DNA of 64,000 nt, taken from the human T2T-CHM13v2.0 reference genome, Homo sapiens. The position numbers and the translations under genes were made by a program. The stretch is from NCBI RefSeq assembly GCF_009914755.1, contig NC_060935.1. One strand, 5' to 3'. The notes beneath the pieces were generated by a model. The model did no database searches. It was not told where the DNA came from and saw only the letters and a program-made list of their open reading frames with translations. Shown here piece by piece: positions 17,754 through 31,750 of this stretch (positions are counted from its first letter, which is position 1; each line of letters opens with the position of its first letter).

Positions 17754-18224
17754 GTAAGAATACTATTTTATTCCAGTAATCCAGAAGATCCTCATCCTTT
17801 CCCTATCAGAGCTATTTGTCATTAGCTTTAAGAGAGATTAGATTATGACATCATGCCCCATTTCTTGCAGCTGGGGTGTTTTTAAGCAAATGTGAAAAAA
17901 AAAAAGTTGAAATAGTTGAATAAGACGAGCTCTTTGCAAAAAAAATTTGCCCAATCTCCATTTTTTACCCACTTCCTGGATTCCTAATTGAAGCATTTCA
18001 GTTGAACCCTAAGTCCTTAAAATTGTAATCTAGGTAGACATAGTAATCCCTACCAAAGAATGACAGGGAAGGATTTTTTTTTAAGTTCTTTTATGACTAG
18101 AGGTTTTCCCAAAGCAAAACGACTTCCAACGCATTTTTGCTTGAATAGTCCTCTCCAGTTTTCCAATGTAATCCTCCCTCATTCTGTTGCCACGTTATTC
18201 TAAGTCCTAAATAATTATAAGAAT

Positions 18225-18470
18225 AATTGTAGCTACTATGCATCAGACACTTTGTTAAAGGCTTTACATGCATTATCTTATTTGATTTAATCCTCACACA
18301 ACTCTGCAGTGTAGATAGTATCATGGTCATTTTTCTGCTAAAGGAACTGAAGTTTAAGGAGATTAAATCATATGCCCAAGGGCATTTAAGAGCAAGTAAG
18401 AGCCAAGGCCAATGCCAAAACAGAACTTGAATCCGCCTCTTATCTGAGGACAAAGCCTAGGCTGTCAACC
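18225..18470 (-). mobile_element. MIR SINE
   Basis: gctttacatgcattatcttatttgatttaatcctcac...aaggaactgaagtttaaggaga. Confidence 0.6.
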
Positions 18471-18770
18471 AGTTTGCATATGCCCTTAAATTTCCCTAGT
18501 GGTTTTGATCTTTGCACTAGAGCTACAGAAAACTTTAGAGGCTCTGCTCCTATACATTTGGCAGTCATGTGGCTGAATGCTTAGAGTGTCATCTCTTGAT
18601 ATAAAGATCTTTCAAATAAGAAAAAGAAAGACCACCATTTTACTGGAAACTTTGAGTCTCTTTCATTTCCTCCAATGATCAACCAGCTCTACTAGGGGTT
18701 ATGCAAGTCCAGTGCTTGCTACTGACACACCCCAAACAGTCATCACTCCCTCCTTTTATTCCTCCAAAAG

Positions 18771-18867
18771 GTTTCTTGAAAGTCCTTGGATTGTATATGT
18801 TACCCAGATGAGCCACGTAACAATGAGAATGAGCACAGAGGAGAACCGGGACTGGCTCACCACTCAG
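18771..18867 (+). pseudogene. FADS2B: FADS2B exon (exon 9 equivalent)
   Basis: aaaAG|G...CAG|GTaatg; 97 nt; FLESPWIVYVTQMSHVTMRMSTEENRDWLTTQ. Confidence 0.93.
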
Positions 18868-18917
18868 GTAATGATGGAGTTCCTGGGGGAGAATCTTTCA
18901 AACCACACTGACTTAGA

Positions 18918-19000
18918 ACCAGGTCCCTCCCTTGACATGGGGATTATGGGGATTATAATTCAAGATGAGATTTGAGTAGGAACACAGGCAAACTGTATCA
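18918..19000 (-). mobile_element. MST/THE1 LTR terminal fragment
   Basis: ccaggtccctccc...attcaagatgagatttgag...caaactgtatca. Confidence 0.7.
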
Positions 19001-19547
19001 ATGGACAATTTGATGGGAAGAGGGCTAGGAAATGGGTGCTAGTTGACTGGTTGGGGAAGAAATTATAGGGGTGTGGAAAATGTTCCCAGTCCACCTTTGG
19101 GTGGGGCCACAGGACCCATCGAGTCATGAGTCATGCATGGGTCCAAGTGGGGACAGTCTGAAAAACATCTCAAAAAATTAATCTTAGGTTCTATAATAGT
19201 GATATTATCTACAAGCACAATTGGGAAAGTCACAAATCCTGTCACCTCTGGCCACATGACTCCTGAGCAGTAAAGAATTATAGAAACTATGCCTCCATCT
19301 TAGCAGAATTCAGGCCCCTCTCACAATCCTAACATTATGGCCTTTTATTAGTTACACAAAAGCAGTTTAGTTTTGGGAATGGCTACTGTCATCCTTTCTT
19401 TAAGGTTAAACTACAAAATAAGTTCCTCCCAAAGGTAGCTTAGCCTACACCCAGGAATTACAAAGGACAGCTTGGAGATCAGAAGCAAGATGTAGTCAAC
19501 TATGTCAGATTTTTTCTTACTGTCATAATTTTGCAAAGATGGTTTCA
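19001..19547 (-). mobile_element. LTR8-like ERV1 LTR, partial
   Basis: Minus strand begins tgaaaccatctttgcaaaattatgacag...catcttgcttctgatctccaagctgtcc. Confidence 0.7.
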
Positions 19548-19608
19548 AATATTTTCTTTGTTTGACACTTGGGCTCATTTATAACTAATATAAGCTTTTT
19601 CTTTGCAG

Positions 19609-19688
19609 GTCTTGGCCACCTGTAATACTGAATAGTCCTTTTTCAATGACTGATTCACTGGGCACCTGAACTTCCAAATCGAGCACCA
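19609..19688 (+). pseudogene. FADS2B: FADS2B exon (exon 10 equivalent, His-box 3 QIEHH) with two stops
   Basis: ttgcAG|GTC...CA|GTgagt; 80 nt; VLATCNTE*SFFND*FTGHLNFQIEH(H); TAG at 19633, TGA at 19651. Confidence 0.93.
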
Positions 19689-19839
19689 GTGAGTAACAAG
19701 AATAGTCCTTAGTAGAGCAAGTGCAGTCACTTATAACACCCCCAAATATAATCCAGATCAGGCCCTAGGCTCAAGGTCTCAGAGGGGAAAAAAAGAAAGA
19801 GCATTTTCTACAGGCTGCTATCTTTCTATTAGCAATGAT

Positions 19840-19932
19840 GGGGAAGAAAGGAAGGAAGGAGAGAGAGAGAGAAAGAGAAAGTAAAAAAGAAAAAGAAAGA
19901 AAGAAAGAGAGAGAGAGATAGAAAGAAAGAAA

Positions 19933-19991
<59 letters not shown>

Positions 19992-20040
19992 GAAGGAAGG
20001 AAGGAAGAAAGAAAGAAAAAAGAAAGAAAGAAAGAGAAAG
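19840..20040. repeat. Compound (GAAA)n/(GGAA)n/(GA)n purine microsatellite
   Basis: About 200 bp nearly pure purine tract. Confidence 0.95.
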
Positions 20041-20654
20041 ATTGATTGTGAGTAACTAGAGTGAAATCTTGGAAAAGTGCCACTGATTCCATTTTCAGAT
20101 ACCTGCAGGCTTGAGAAGTGGGTAACCAAGTTGTGTTGAAATTTAATTTAAATGTCTATCTCTTTAGATCTGAAGTTACAAAATAATCAATGATAAAACC
20201 CATTCCCTGATGCAATATTCAAATGGTATTGGCAATACTTTACCAATGAGTCAGTTAGGTGGCCATAAAATAAAGAGAAAATGATAACACTTGGAGAGTC
20301 AATCTCCAGAATATTTAAGGGAGAGACTGTCCACATCCTCTTTACCTAAGCCATGTTTAGGATAGTCAGAGAAGGAAAGAGTTCTTATACCTGCTCATAT
20401 AATTTTCTCATCCTTTCCTTCAAGTTATTCCTTAAAAACCTCAGCCAAACAAAAAAAGACTATTATTCACATTTTATCAAAGAGGAAGTTAAAACCCAAG
20501 AAAGTCACCTGGGTGATTAGTGGAAAACCTTAGATAAAAACCCGTATCTCCTCACTCCTTATTCCTATCCCAGGACTTTTTCCTATATGCCATGACTAGA
20601 ACTTATTGAATATTCATCTCTTCATGGGATAGGAATTAGATGGTGTTTGGGAAC

Positions 20655-21303
20655 CTCCACCTAGTCTCTTTGCTAAAACATAACGAGAGTCACCTTTATT
20701 CCAGTTCCCAAGAAGTTCCTGATCTTCATCTGAGACCACCTCAGCCTGGACCTTATTGTCCATATCGTTATCAGCATTTTGGGCAAAGCCATTCAACAAG
20801 TCTCTAGGAAGTTCCAAACTTTCCCACATTTTCCTGCCTTATTCTGAGCCATCCAAACTGTTCCAACCTCTGCCTGTTACCCAGTTCCAAAGTCGTTTCC
20901 ACATTTTGAGGTATCTTTTCAGCAACATCCCACTTCTGGTTCCAATTTACTGTATTAGTCTGTTTTCACACTGCTGATAAAGTCATACCCGAGACTGGGA
21001 AGAAAATGGGGCTTAATTGGACTTACAGTTCCAAATGGCTGGGGAGGCCTCAGAATCATGGCGAGAGGCAAAAGGCACTTCTTACGTGGCAGTGGCAAGA
21101 GAAAATGAGGAAGAAGCAAAAGCAGAAACCCTTGATAAACCCATCATATCTCGTGAGACTTATTCACTATCATGAGAATAGCATGGGAAAGACTGGCCCC
21201 CATGACTCAATTACCTTCCTTTGGGTCCCTCCCACAACACGTGGGAATCTGGGAGATATAATTCAAGTTGAGATTTGGGTGGGGGCACAGCCAAACCATA
21301 TCA
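20655..21303 (-). mobile_element. THE1 MaLR: LTR (20951-21303) plus truncated internal sequence
   Basis: tgtattagtctgttttcac...cagccaaaccatatca; adjacent THE1-int (MWESLELPRDLLNGF on the minus strand). Confidence 0.88.
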
Positions 21304-21676
21304 GATGGATAGAGAGAAAGAGAGACACAAAGACAGAGACAGAGAAGGAGGACAGGGGTATCTTCAGCTCCCCTAGGTAATTCAAAGTGATAGACAATCC
21401 ATACCTTCATCTGAACTGGCCAAATATAAACATATTCGATGAAGATAACATTTATTCTGTTAGCATTTCCCAAACATTCACCACCCACCTGGCTTGCAGA
21501 GGTGTTAAGAGACAAGCGTATTTTGGAAGGAGTTTTTGAACTTCCCAGAACAGCAGTATTGTGCAAGGTCAAGGTTGGGTCTGCATTGCTGATATAGTTT
21601 TATTTGGTAACAGAAGGAAGAAAACTCAAAGTTTTTCTTTAGGTCTAAATTTTATATCTCTTGTGTGTTTCTCCAG

Positions 21677-21802
21677 TCTGTTCCCCACAATGCCACGCCA
21701 TAATTATCACAAAGTGGCGCCTCTGGTGAGGTCACTGTGTGCCAAGCACGGATTGCACTATGTGAATAAACCCATGTTGAGGGCATTTGGAGATATTGTC
21801 AG
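21677..21802 (+). pseudogene. FADS2B: FADS2B exon (exon 11 equivalent)
   Basis: ctccAG|T...AG|GTaata; 126 nt; [41 protein letters not shown](R). Confidence 0.94.
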
Positions 21803-23177
21803 GTAATAACATAATTTCTCTCAGCTCACAGCTCTCATTTGTATTTACTGCCACTCCCCAGACTATTCAGTGGCTTGTGAATCATTCATATAACAACCAT
21901 TTATTAAGGGTCACCTGTGTGCTCAGCATGGATACATGGCACCATAGGGAACCGTATCAACAACAACAAAATAATAATAATACTGACCTTTTACCTATAG
22001 GTACAGCTTAGCGAAAATGCTTTACTGTCCTACTAAATTTCAAATTTCTTAAAGTCAAGGCTGTATATTATTTGCCTTTTTATCCCCCACAGAGCTTCCT
22101 ACAAATGTTAGAATTTAAGTAGTGGGAGACACTGTCAGATCATCTGGTCCAGTGTTGCAAATTTAGATGCCTGCAGGGTTCAGTGGGGTATAAATGTGCA
22201 GCTCAGGCTGGGGTGATTAATTAAGAGTAGTGAGGCATGCAGAAACTGAAAATCCATACTCATCCTTAGGCATTCATATATAATTTCCTAAAAAATGTTG
22301 TGCTGGTTAAATTAACAACCAGTAACCTGGGTTTAATAAATTTCTCTTTAGTTTAGGGTTGAAAAAAAAAATCTTAAATGAGACCAACAAGGCCAGGCCT
22401 GATCTGATCTGATCTGATCCCTAACCAGTGCTCCAGCTCCAGACTCTCTACCACACTCCTCCTCTTTCTCTATCCTCCAGATAATTTCCTCCAGAAATTA
22501 ATGCAATTAGCCTACCTTAAGTTGCTGTGAAACTCCCTTCCCTAGTTGTCTTATCCTTTTGCCACTTTTTCTTCTGCCTGAAATGTTCCTCCAAACCTCC
22601 ACCTCCCCTGACATCATCTTGTCAATTGCCATTCTTTCTCCAAGGCTCAACTCAAATGCCTTTTCCTCATGTCTATCTCCTCTGACCCCTAAAACTAAAT
22701 TAGTCACATGCTCTTGCAGCACCTGCTTCTCTTCATTTGTGAAGTTCATCACAATTGTATTCAGATAACATATTGGGTAATAAATTATTTAATATGTGTC
22801 TCCCAAGCTAGACCTGGAATTTCATGTGGACAGGACTCACATCCACCCTACTCATTGTTGTCCCACCAGAGCCTAGAAAAATGTCCTCCATATTATAAAA
22901 TAGGGTTGACAGGTAAATATAGGATGGGTGGATTTACAGATATATAGGCTCAGAAAAGAATAAAATGAAAGAAAATCTCAATGTTCTCCATAAAGAAAAG
23001 GTGAATTCACCTGCTAAAAACAATTTAGTCAACAGAATTGATCAACAGAGGATGACATTTATCAGATATAGCTGGAAATGACATTGTTCTGAACCAGGCA
23101 GAGGAGCAAATTCCATGTAGGAGCTTTCTTAACATTACAGTCTCACCTCCTGATGATCTTGTTTATTCCTTTCACAG

Positions 23178-23229
23178 AGCCTTGAAGAAATCTGCTGCCC
23201 TCTGGGCGGATGCTTACTATGAAACATGA
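23178..23229 (+). pseudogene. FADS2B: FADS2B terminal coding exon with ancestral stop
   Basis: tcacAG|A GCC...; ALKKSAALWADAYYET*; TGA at 23227-23229. Confidence 0.92.
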
Positions 23230-23770
23230 TGCCGAATGTCAGCCTTGACACACATGTAATTGCATCTCTGATGAGGGTTGGTGCATGTGCAGGAGCTCTT
23301 CCCTGCTTAACTGGGAATTAGTTATCACCACTGGTATACCTGACTGTGCTGTTCTAGGAATATGAATCCCAAGCACATGTGATAACCCCTTCTCTGAAAG
23401 TCTTCTCTGCAAATAAGAACCTAGGAAACACAAGATGACATTGACCAGGGTGACAAAAGGGAAATGGAGCCCAATATTTTTGTTTTTTCATTAGTACCTT
23501 AAACTCAGTCCTCCCAATAGACTTTAGTCAGATCATCTCAGTCAAGGGCCAGAAGTACAAGAACCAGGCAAAAGTTTTATGGATGAAGTGGACATAGGGA
23601 GAAGTCAGCCAAAAGAGAGCCATCTAACAGGGTACTTTGGAAATTAGTGCAATTGCTCTTAGAAAAGAATCATATGTTTAAGAATTTCCTGTTGAAGCAC
23701 AAACGCTTTTTACTTATTTCTTTTCAGATGTGTGAACTTCTTTTTCTTTAAAAAACTGAGTATAATTAAC

Positions 23771-23879
23771 AATAAAATTTCTTAAAATATTTCAAAATTG
23801 ACTTCAGATCTTCATTATTGTAACTGCACATGTGTCATTAATGCATATACACATTTTCTTTCCAAGTGGAAAAAATAAA
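23771..23879 (+). terminator. Candidate polyadenylation signals of FADS2B
   Basis: AATAAA at 23771 and 23874, about 0.55-0.65 kb after the stop; usage not demonstrable from sequence. Confidence 0.35.
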
Positions 23880-24970
23880 AAGTCTATGAAATATCTTAAA
23901 AGAACTTCCTACATCTAGTCCTAATAGCAACAGATCAAGCAGGTTAATGTTCTGTATTTAAAGATGTGTTGTGTTTCACTAAAGAATAGACTGCGTTTTA
24001 AGTATAAGATTTTGTTGCCTACTCCCTACCCACCATGCAGAACTACTGTACCTTGTAATTGAGTTACCCTGATGAAAGAAAGAGTTTTGTTTTCTCTGAT
24101 GGAAACCCCAGGCATTGACAAGGCAGTTTTCAAGTTTGACACCAAGGTAAGCATGTCTTAGAACAAGAGGGCTTTCTCTCTCACAAGAGAGTTTTAGTGC
24201 TAGAAGGATAAGTGGATACTCTTAGTAACATACTGATCTCTAGTGTCTATACTTTTATTCAAGGTTACCTTAGCTGCAGAAAGCACAATAGTGCAAGCTT
24301 GCTTCCCCAGCTCCAAGCAAATCGGCGCTACTGGATTATCTGTTGCCTGAAATTCTACCAGTATACATTCATTCCCTTACTTCAAGCTCTGCAAAATACT
24401 CTTTTAGCTTTGTTTGTTTCTCAATTAAACCCCTACTGGAAAATAACACATTAAATCACTCATAGCTCCTGGGGACTTAGCCACACATGTCAAAGTTAAG
24501 AAAACAAAAACTGGTTGTCTGGGAGGAAGTGGCATTATTAAAATGATAATGGCTAATATCAAATAGGAAAGTTGGGGAGGAGATGAAAAGAATAAAAAGC
24601 TATTTTGACTTCAAGACTCTTCATAATAGGCAGGCAAGTGCCCATTTTCCTCCTGCTGGTGGATTCTAGATGATTTCTCCTGCCTCAATTCAGGGTTACA
24701 AGTGGGAGCGGGCTCAATGGTTCGCTTTTTCTGTCTCCCTTGGTCCAAACCAGAGACTTTCAAGCACTGCTTGTTCTCCTGATTACTTAGAAATAGCAAC
24801 CCGACTCTCCTTAGGCAAATTTACTATCTCAAACGTGTTCCCCACTCAGTGTTATAAATAGCCCACCTTGTAAATCTCCAAACAGACTTGGTTACTGTGT
24901 AATCTGAAGAAAGTTGGGAGATTTAGACAGATTATATAAGGAAACATGAAATCAATTCAAAAAAGGTGCT

Positions 24971-25144
24971 TGGGCCAGGCTCACATCTGTAATCTCAACA
25001 CTTGGGAGGCCAAGGCAGGAGGATCTCTTGAGCCCAGGAGTTCAATACCAGCCTGGGCAACATAGAGATTTTTTGAGCAACTAGAGTTTTGTTTTTTTTA
25101 GAGATTCTGTCTCTAAAATAAATAAATAAATACATAAAATTCAT
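24971..25144 (+). mobile_element. FLAM/AluJ-type monomer
   Basis: Single Alu arm with (TAAA)n tail; perfect 17-bp TSD aattcaaaaaaggtgct at 24954-24970 and 25145-25161. Confidence 0.85.
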
Positions 25145-25164
25145 AATTCAAAAAAGGTGCTAGA

Positions 25165-25380
25165 CCATCCGATTCTGGGCTCTTCTTTGCTGGGAGGTTT
25201 TTGATTACTGCTTTACTCTCCTTAATCATTATTGACCTGTTCAGATTTTCTTTCTTCATGATTCAGTCTTGGTAGGTTGTATGTTTCTAGAAATTTATCC
25301 ATATATTCTAGGTTACTCAATTCGCTTGTGCATAGTTGTTCACAGTAGGCTCTTATGATCCTTTGTATTTCTATGGTTTA
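25165..25380 (-). mobile_element. Old L1 ORF2 fragment
   Basis: ttcagtcttggtaggttgtatgtttctagaaatttatccat. Confidence 0.7.
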
Positions 25381-26659
25381 CAAAAATGTGCAAACTAAAC
25401 AATGTGCTGTTTAAGGATTCATAAATATGTAGTAACATGATAAAGAGAAGCAAGAGAATAGTAAACACAAAAATGAGGATCATAGTGGGGGAAAGGTGCT
25501 AGGTAAGAATGAAAATGTATAAGTGAGGTAAATTTTAATTTGCTTAGTAGGCTGTTAGTTAATGAAAATGATCATTTTTCTGAACTCACTATCTCAAGTG
25601 ATGTCTCTCTCTCACCCTGTGGTGACTGGCATTTGCATTTGGTGAGGCATTAGCCATATTTTTATTGCTTGTTCAATATACTTTCCAGAGGAGGAGAACC
25701 AAAGCCTACTGCTTTCACAGCTTTGAATACCACTGAGCACTGAGTTAAATTCAGATGACTGATCCTGCAGGTCATTTTATTTCTAACCTTCAGGCTATAG
25801 GGCTCTGCTTTATGGGCATAGAAATGAAAGTGGCTTCATCAACCAGGCTCATGTCTCTTTAAACTAGATAACTCCTGGCAGTTATGTTATAGCCCTATCT
25901 GAAACTCTTCAATGGATTCCCATGACTCTTGGAATAAAGTCCAAACCCCAAGACTGCCCCATGGCCACTACCCAACCTTGTACCACTCTGGCTCTTGCTA
26001 TCTCTGTTTCAGCCCACTGGATCTCTTCAAGTCTTCACACTCTTTTCTGCCACAGGCTCTTTGCTCCTGATCCCAATGGCTGAGCCATTTTGTCAACTCC
26101 CTGCCCTCACTCCATCTCACCTGGTCAATCCGCCACTCACTTTCAGATCTCAGCACTATTATCACATCTCAGCATAGCTTTATCCACAATCCCAGAGTGC
26201 TTCCTCACTAAGTCAAGCCTTCCTGTGATACACTCTGTAGCAATTACCATGGGTATAATTTTACATTAATTTATGTGGTGTGTTAATTTCTTTGTCTCCC
26301 TCTCTAGCCTGCAATATCCATGAAGCAAGGATTTCTTGACATGTTAGAGACACTCAGTAAAGATGTGCGAAATGGAGGAAGAAATGAATGGATGGATGGA
26401 TGCTAATTCTAAGGGACTACAGCAAAAAAAGTCCTCCTTGGCCTCTCTCATGGAAATCCATCCTTTTGTTTAACAACTCACCAAAAGAAACTTCTCCTGC
26501 TCCTTCATTTTTTATGTCTGTACCTTAAGCTTAACTATATACCTAGAAAATCATTTAAAGTTCTCTTATTGCAAGAATTTTCTGATTCCAAAAATATGTT
26601 TATGTAATTTCTTCCAACTAGATAAATTTTATTAAATATATGAGAATAATTCCATATTC

Positions 26660-27545
<886 letters not shown>

Positions 27546-28999
27546 TAAAATTATTTAATTATAAGGATCTACCATCAATAAGTACTGATATATGCCCTTT
27601 ATGGGCATTATTGCATTTAATCCTCAAAACAGGCCCATTGGGCATAGGTGCTATAATTAACCTCATTTTTTAGATATAAAACCTGAGGCTTAGGGAGGCC
27701 AAGCAATTTGCCTGATGTTGCAGGTAGAAATTGGTGGAGTGGAGTTTCAGACCCAGGAATCTCTAACTCCACAGTCAATGCTCTTTAATTCCCATGCCAG
27801 GAAATCCAAAGTAAAAGGAAGTAGCATAAATTCCAGCCAGGGAAAATTCATCTTCTTTACAGCTATCTTCAAATGGCTTTCCCTGATCCGATTTTCTCTA
27901 AAGCTTTACTCTTCTTGGAAGAATTAGGTAGGAAGAATTTGTCTGCATTTTTAGTTGGACATCAAGTAAGAGTGCCTGGATTAGAAGTCAGAAATCTAGA
28001 CTCTAATTTCATTTTATTAACTTAGTATCCTACAGTGAACTTGGCCGTGTCACTTCCACGCTTCATACCTCAATCCCCACATTTGTATAGGTGCGATGCA
28101 TAATATTTCCTGGCCTATGTGCATCATAGGATGATTGTGACAATTACATGAAGTAAGACAAATGCAATGGTTTTATAAGCTGGCAACACCAATTCACATT
28201 CTAGTTACTGATATTCTTGTAATGAGGGTTCTTCCCATCCCAGATCCACAAAAAGCATGAAAGGCCACAGAGTCACCGAGACCTACAGGATGGAAAGACA
28301 CTGAATCATTTTAACAATGACAGGGTACCTTTCCCCAGAGGCTTATGAGAGACGTATGACTCACAAGTGAAAAAATGATTTCTCTTGTTGCAACAAGTAA
28401 CATCGGTGAGTCATCTTCCACCTCTGACTGTAATTAATCCCCTGGTACCAGCCTGCAGATATCAGAGGCTGTGGGGCAGGTAGCAGGAAGCCAAGATTCT
28501 AGTTATCCAAACTTCTGATTAACCATGTGAGTGCAAAATTCTTATTGTTGGAAATCTTACCAATGGCATATAATATAATATTTGTTGCCTAGTCAGTGTA
28601 AATAAAGGAAGGTTTTATCTGCTTTCTTGCTAGTCAGAGACACTTCTGGCACAATCCTAAAAGTGCAGAATGCATAGGAAATTAAACTTGAGCTCTATTG
28701 AAGGCAGGGATATACTCAGTTATATTTTCTTTCCCAGAACTGTTTATGAAAGTTTGAAAATACAGCAATGTTGAAATAATTTTATAGTGAATATCTATAT
28801 GGCCATCACTTGATTTCAACATTACTATTTCAGTAAATTTCCTCCATCCCGTGTCTATTCATCTACCCATCTCTCAATATATCCATTAATCCACTTTATT
28901 TTTATGCACTTCAAGTAAATTTCCTGAGGGTACTTTTAAAACTAAACATCAAATAATTTAGACAACAAAGTATCTTTTTCCTCTTCAATAAAGAATTGA

Positions 29000-29170
29000 T
29001 ACAAATTCAGAACACTAACAGGAAAATTCTAGACTTAAGCTTGACACTTGACCAACTGGACCTCATAACCATCTACGGAATATTCCACCCAGCAACCACA
29101 GAATCACGCAATATATCTTTATAACAAACTGTACATGTACCCCAGAATCTAAAATAGAAGTTGAAAAACA
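29000..29170 (+). mobile_element. Internally deleted older L1 (EN-domain fragment fused to the 3' terminus)
   Basis: ...tgaccaactggacctcataaccatctacggaatattccacccagcaaccacagaat joined to ...acatgtaccccagaatctaaaatagaagttgaaaaa. Confidence 0.6.
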
Positions 29171-29272
29171 AAGTGGCAAAAATTGTGTAGCAGCCGCATC
29201 TCTAAGAAAACATAATGTAGTTATCATTTCTGAAAAATCAATTATTAACTCCCCACAGAATAGACCTTCTCA

Positions 29273-29500
29273 TATATAGAGAGCTATCATATATAGATAT
29301 ATGTAGATATCTATATATATTCTCATATATACTTATCTCTCATATCAGAGACATATCTAGAGAGAAATATCTATGTATCTATCTAGAGATATATAAATAG
29401 AAAAATAGATGTCTATATATAAAAATATATATAGATATATAGATATAACAGAGAGATATATGAGATATATATATATAACTTCATGATCCTTCATATATAT
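29273..29500. repeat. Degenerate (TA)/(TAGA) low-complexity tract
   Basis: Directly visible. Confidence 0.85.
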
Positions 29501-29509
29501 CTTTATTAT

Positions 29510-31750
29510 TCTCTTTCATTTGCAACATTAATTGAGCACTTACCATTTATCAGGCATTGACCTAGATGATGTGAATGAAGAGTCAGAAGCCCTACCTCTA
29601 GGAGTTTATATTCTAGTGCAGAAGGCAGTCAATAAACAAGTAAATGGAAGAAAAAACAAGATGATTACATTTAAAGAAAATAAATAGGATGAGGTGAGAG
29701 AGAATGATAAGCAGGGGACTAGATTAGTTCAGGGGGTCAGGCAGAAGGGAATCTGAGAATATTGAAGGAGCCTGCCATGACATCCTGAGAAGCAGAATCA
29801 TCAAAGGCAAGTGCAAAGGCCCTGAGGCAGGAGCAAATTTCTGTTCGGACAGCAGAGTAGGAGGCCTATGTGACTGTAGAACTGTTTGCAAGGTGGTTTC
29901 CTCACTATCACTTAAATTTCATTCCTCCATAAGTATGGTTGGCCTTGGCTTTTTGACAGCATTCGAAATAATTTCCTATTACTTATATAAGCATAGTTTT
30001 CTCTGGACACTCATCCCAGATTTAAATTACCAGGTTAATATTCCCTTTATAAGCTTTTGTGCCCTGTGCACCTCACTGATACAAATGATCTCTGCCTGTG
30101 CCACTCACGAGACTGAAAACTCCATGAGAGCAGTGATTCTGTATGCTGTTATTCACCATTTCATCCCTAGCAATGTATCCCTAGCAATCAAATCCTTAGC
30201 ATTTTATCCTAACAATGGACTGGGGTCCACTGTTTGGCATAGAGACATAGAGTGGATGTTCAATAAATATTTTAGTAATGATTAGTTTGTTAGTTAATTA
30301 GAGCAATGATAGATAAGCCTAGCAAGTTAAACTGAGCTCGTATTGGGAAAAAAAATCTAAAATTCTAGCTGAAAAGTTTGTGCTTGGTTTAGTAGACCAG
30401 ATGGGTCCATAGAGAAGAATGCAAAGAAACCTGACATGAGATCCTGATGGGCAAGATCATGAGAGGCAAGTGCAAAGGCCTGTGAGCTAAGGAGTAGTTT
30501 AATTGGAATTGAGCTCTGGAAAAACCTAACTTAAAACCACACAAAGGAAAGACTGGAAGAGTGAATAGCGTGGAGGTGGAGAGATCAATGAAGTTCCTAT
30601 TGTGAAACCTGGGTGAGAGATAATGAGTTTGGCTGATAATAAAAATATGCAATGTAAGGGAATACACAGAGACACATTGTGGATACTGGATCCATAGAAT
30701 ATGGTAAGTAATTAAACATTCAGGGGAACCCAAAGACACCCCAAAGTTTGGATTGTAGGTGGCAGCAAAGTAGAGGATGAAGAAAACTAGAATGTGAAGC
30801 AAAAGCGAAGGGCTGCTTTTAAGCACCTTGAGTTTATGGTATGAAAAGAAAACCTAAATGAAGATGTCTAGCAGATAATTGGAAAAAATGTCCTTCTGGA
30901 TTATTTTTTTTTATACTTTAGGTTTTAGGGTACATGTGCACAATGTGCAGGTTAGTTACATATGTATACATGTGCCATGCTGGTGTGCTGCACCCATTAA
31001 CTCTTCATTTAGCATTAGATATATCTCCTAATGCTATCCCTCCCCACTCCCCCCACCCCACAACAGTCCCCAGAGTGTGATGTTCCCCTTCCTGTGTCCA
31101 TGTGTTCTCATTGTTCAATTCCCACCTATGAGTGAGAACATGCGGTGTTTGGTTTTTTGTCCTTGCGATAGTTTACTGAGAACGATGATTTCCAATTTCA
31201 TCCATGTCCCTATAAAGGACATGAACTAATCATTTTTTATGGCTGCATAGTATACCATGGTGTATATGTGCCACAATTTCTTAATCCAGTCTATCATTGT
31301 TGGACATTTGGGTTGGTTCCAAGTCTTTGCTATTGTGAATAGTGCCGCAATAAACATACGTGTGCATGTGTCTTTATAGCAGCATGATTTATAGTCCTTT
31401 GAGTATATACCCAGTAATGGGATGGCTGGGTCAAATGGTATTTCTAGTTCTAGATCCCTGAGGATCTTAAAAGGAAAATAAGGACAAAAGATACCAACTT
31501 GAGCATACTCCCCGAAGAGTTAACTGAGGAAAATAGTAGAGAAAGAGACTTGATTTGACAGAGAATCTTAAAGCTGTTTTCACTGCAGAAGAGAGATAAG
31601 AAAGCAGGACCAGTAGTGATAAAAAAGGATTAACCGAGACCTAGCAGGAAACATAAGACAGTGTATGATGCAGAAGGTGGGAGAGGAGAAAGTTTAGAGG
31701 TATGGCTAATAAGCAAAGACACATCCTGAGAGAAGGCATTATAGATGCAA
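29510..31750. mobile_element. L2 fragments in both orientations (approximate span)
   Basis: ttgagcacttac...caggcattg; gcaagtgcaaaggccctgaggcagga; tttaagcaccttgagttt. Confidence 0.5.
30903..31464 (-). mobile_element. L1PA3/4-like 3' fragment
   Basis: Poly-T, antisense 3'UTR and ORF2 end up to ...tagatccctgagga. Confidence 0.9.

Noticed and set aside
19818-20129. Phe/Leu/Ser-rich ORFs
   Set aside because: Translation of the (TTTC)n microsatellite.
18712-21806. ORF-track entries 18712-18975 and 21561-21806 as standalone CDS
   Set aside because: They are FADS2B exons read through into intron sequence.
29770-30490. Similar ~55-bp segments at about 29772 and 30430 as a specific duplication
   Set aside because: Both look like the same conserved part of L2 (gcaagtgcaaaggcc); independent fragments or ancient duplication cannot be distinguished.
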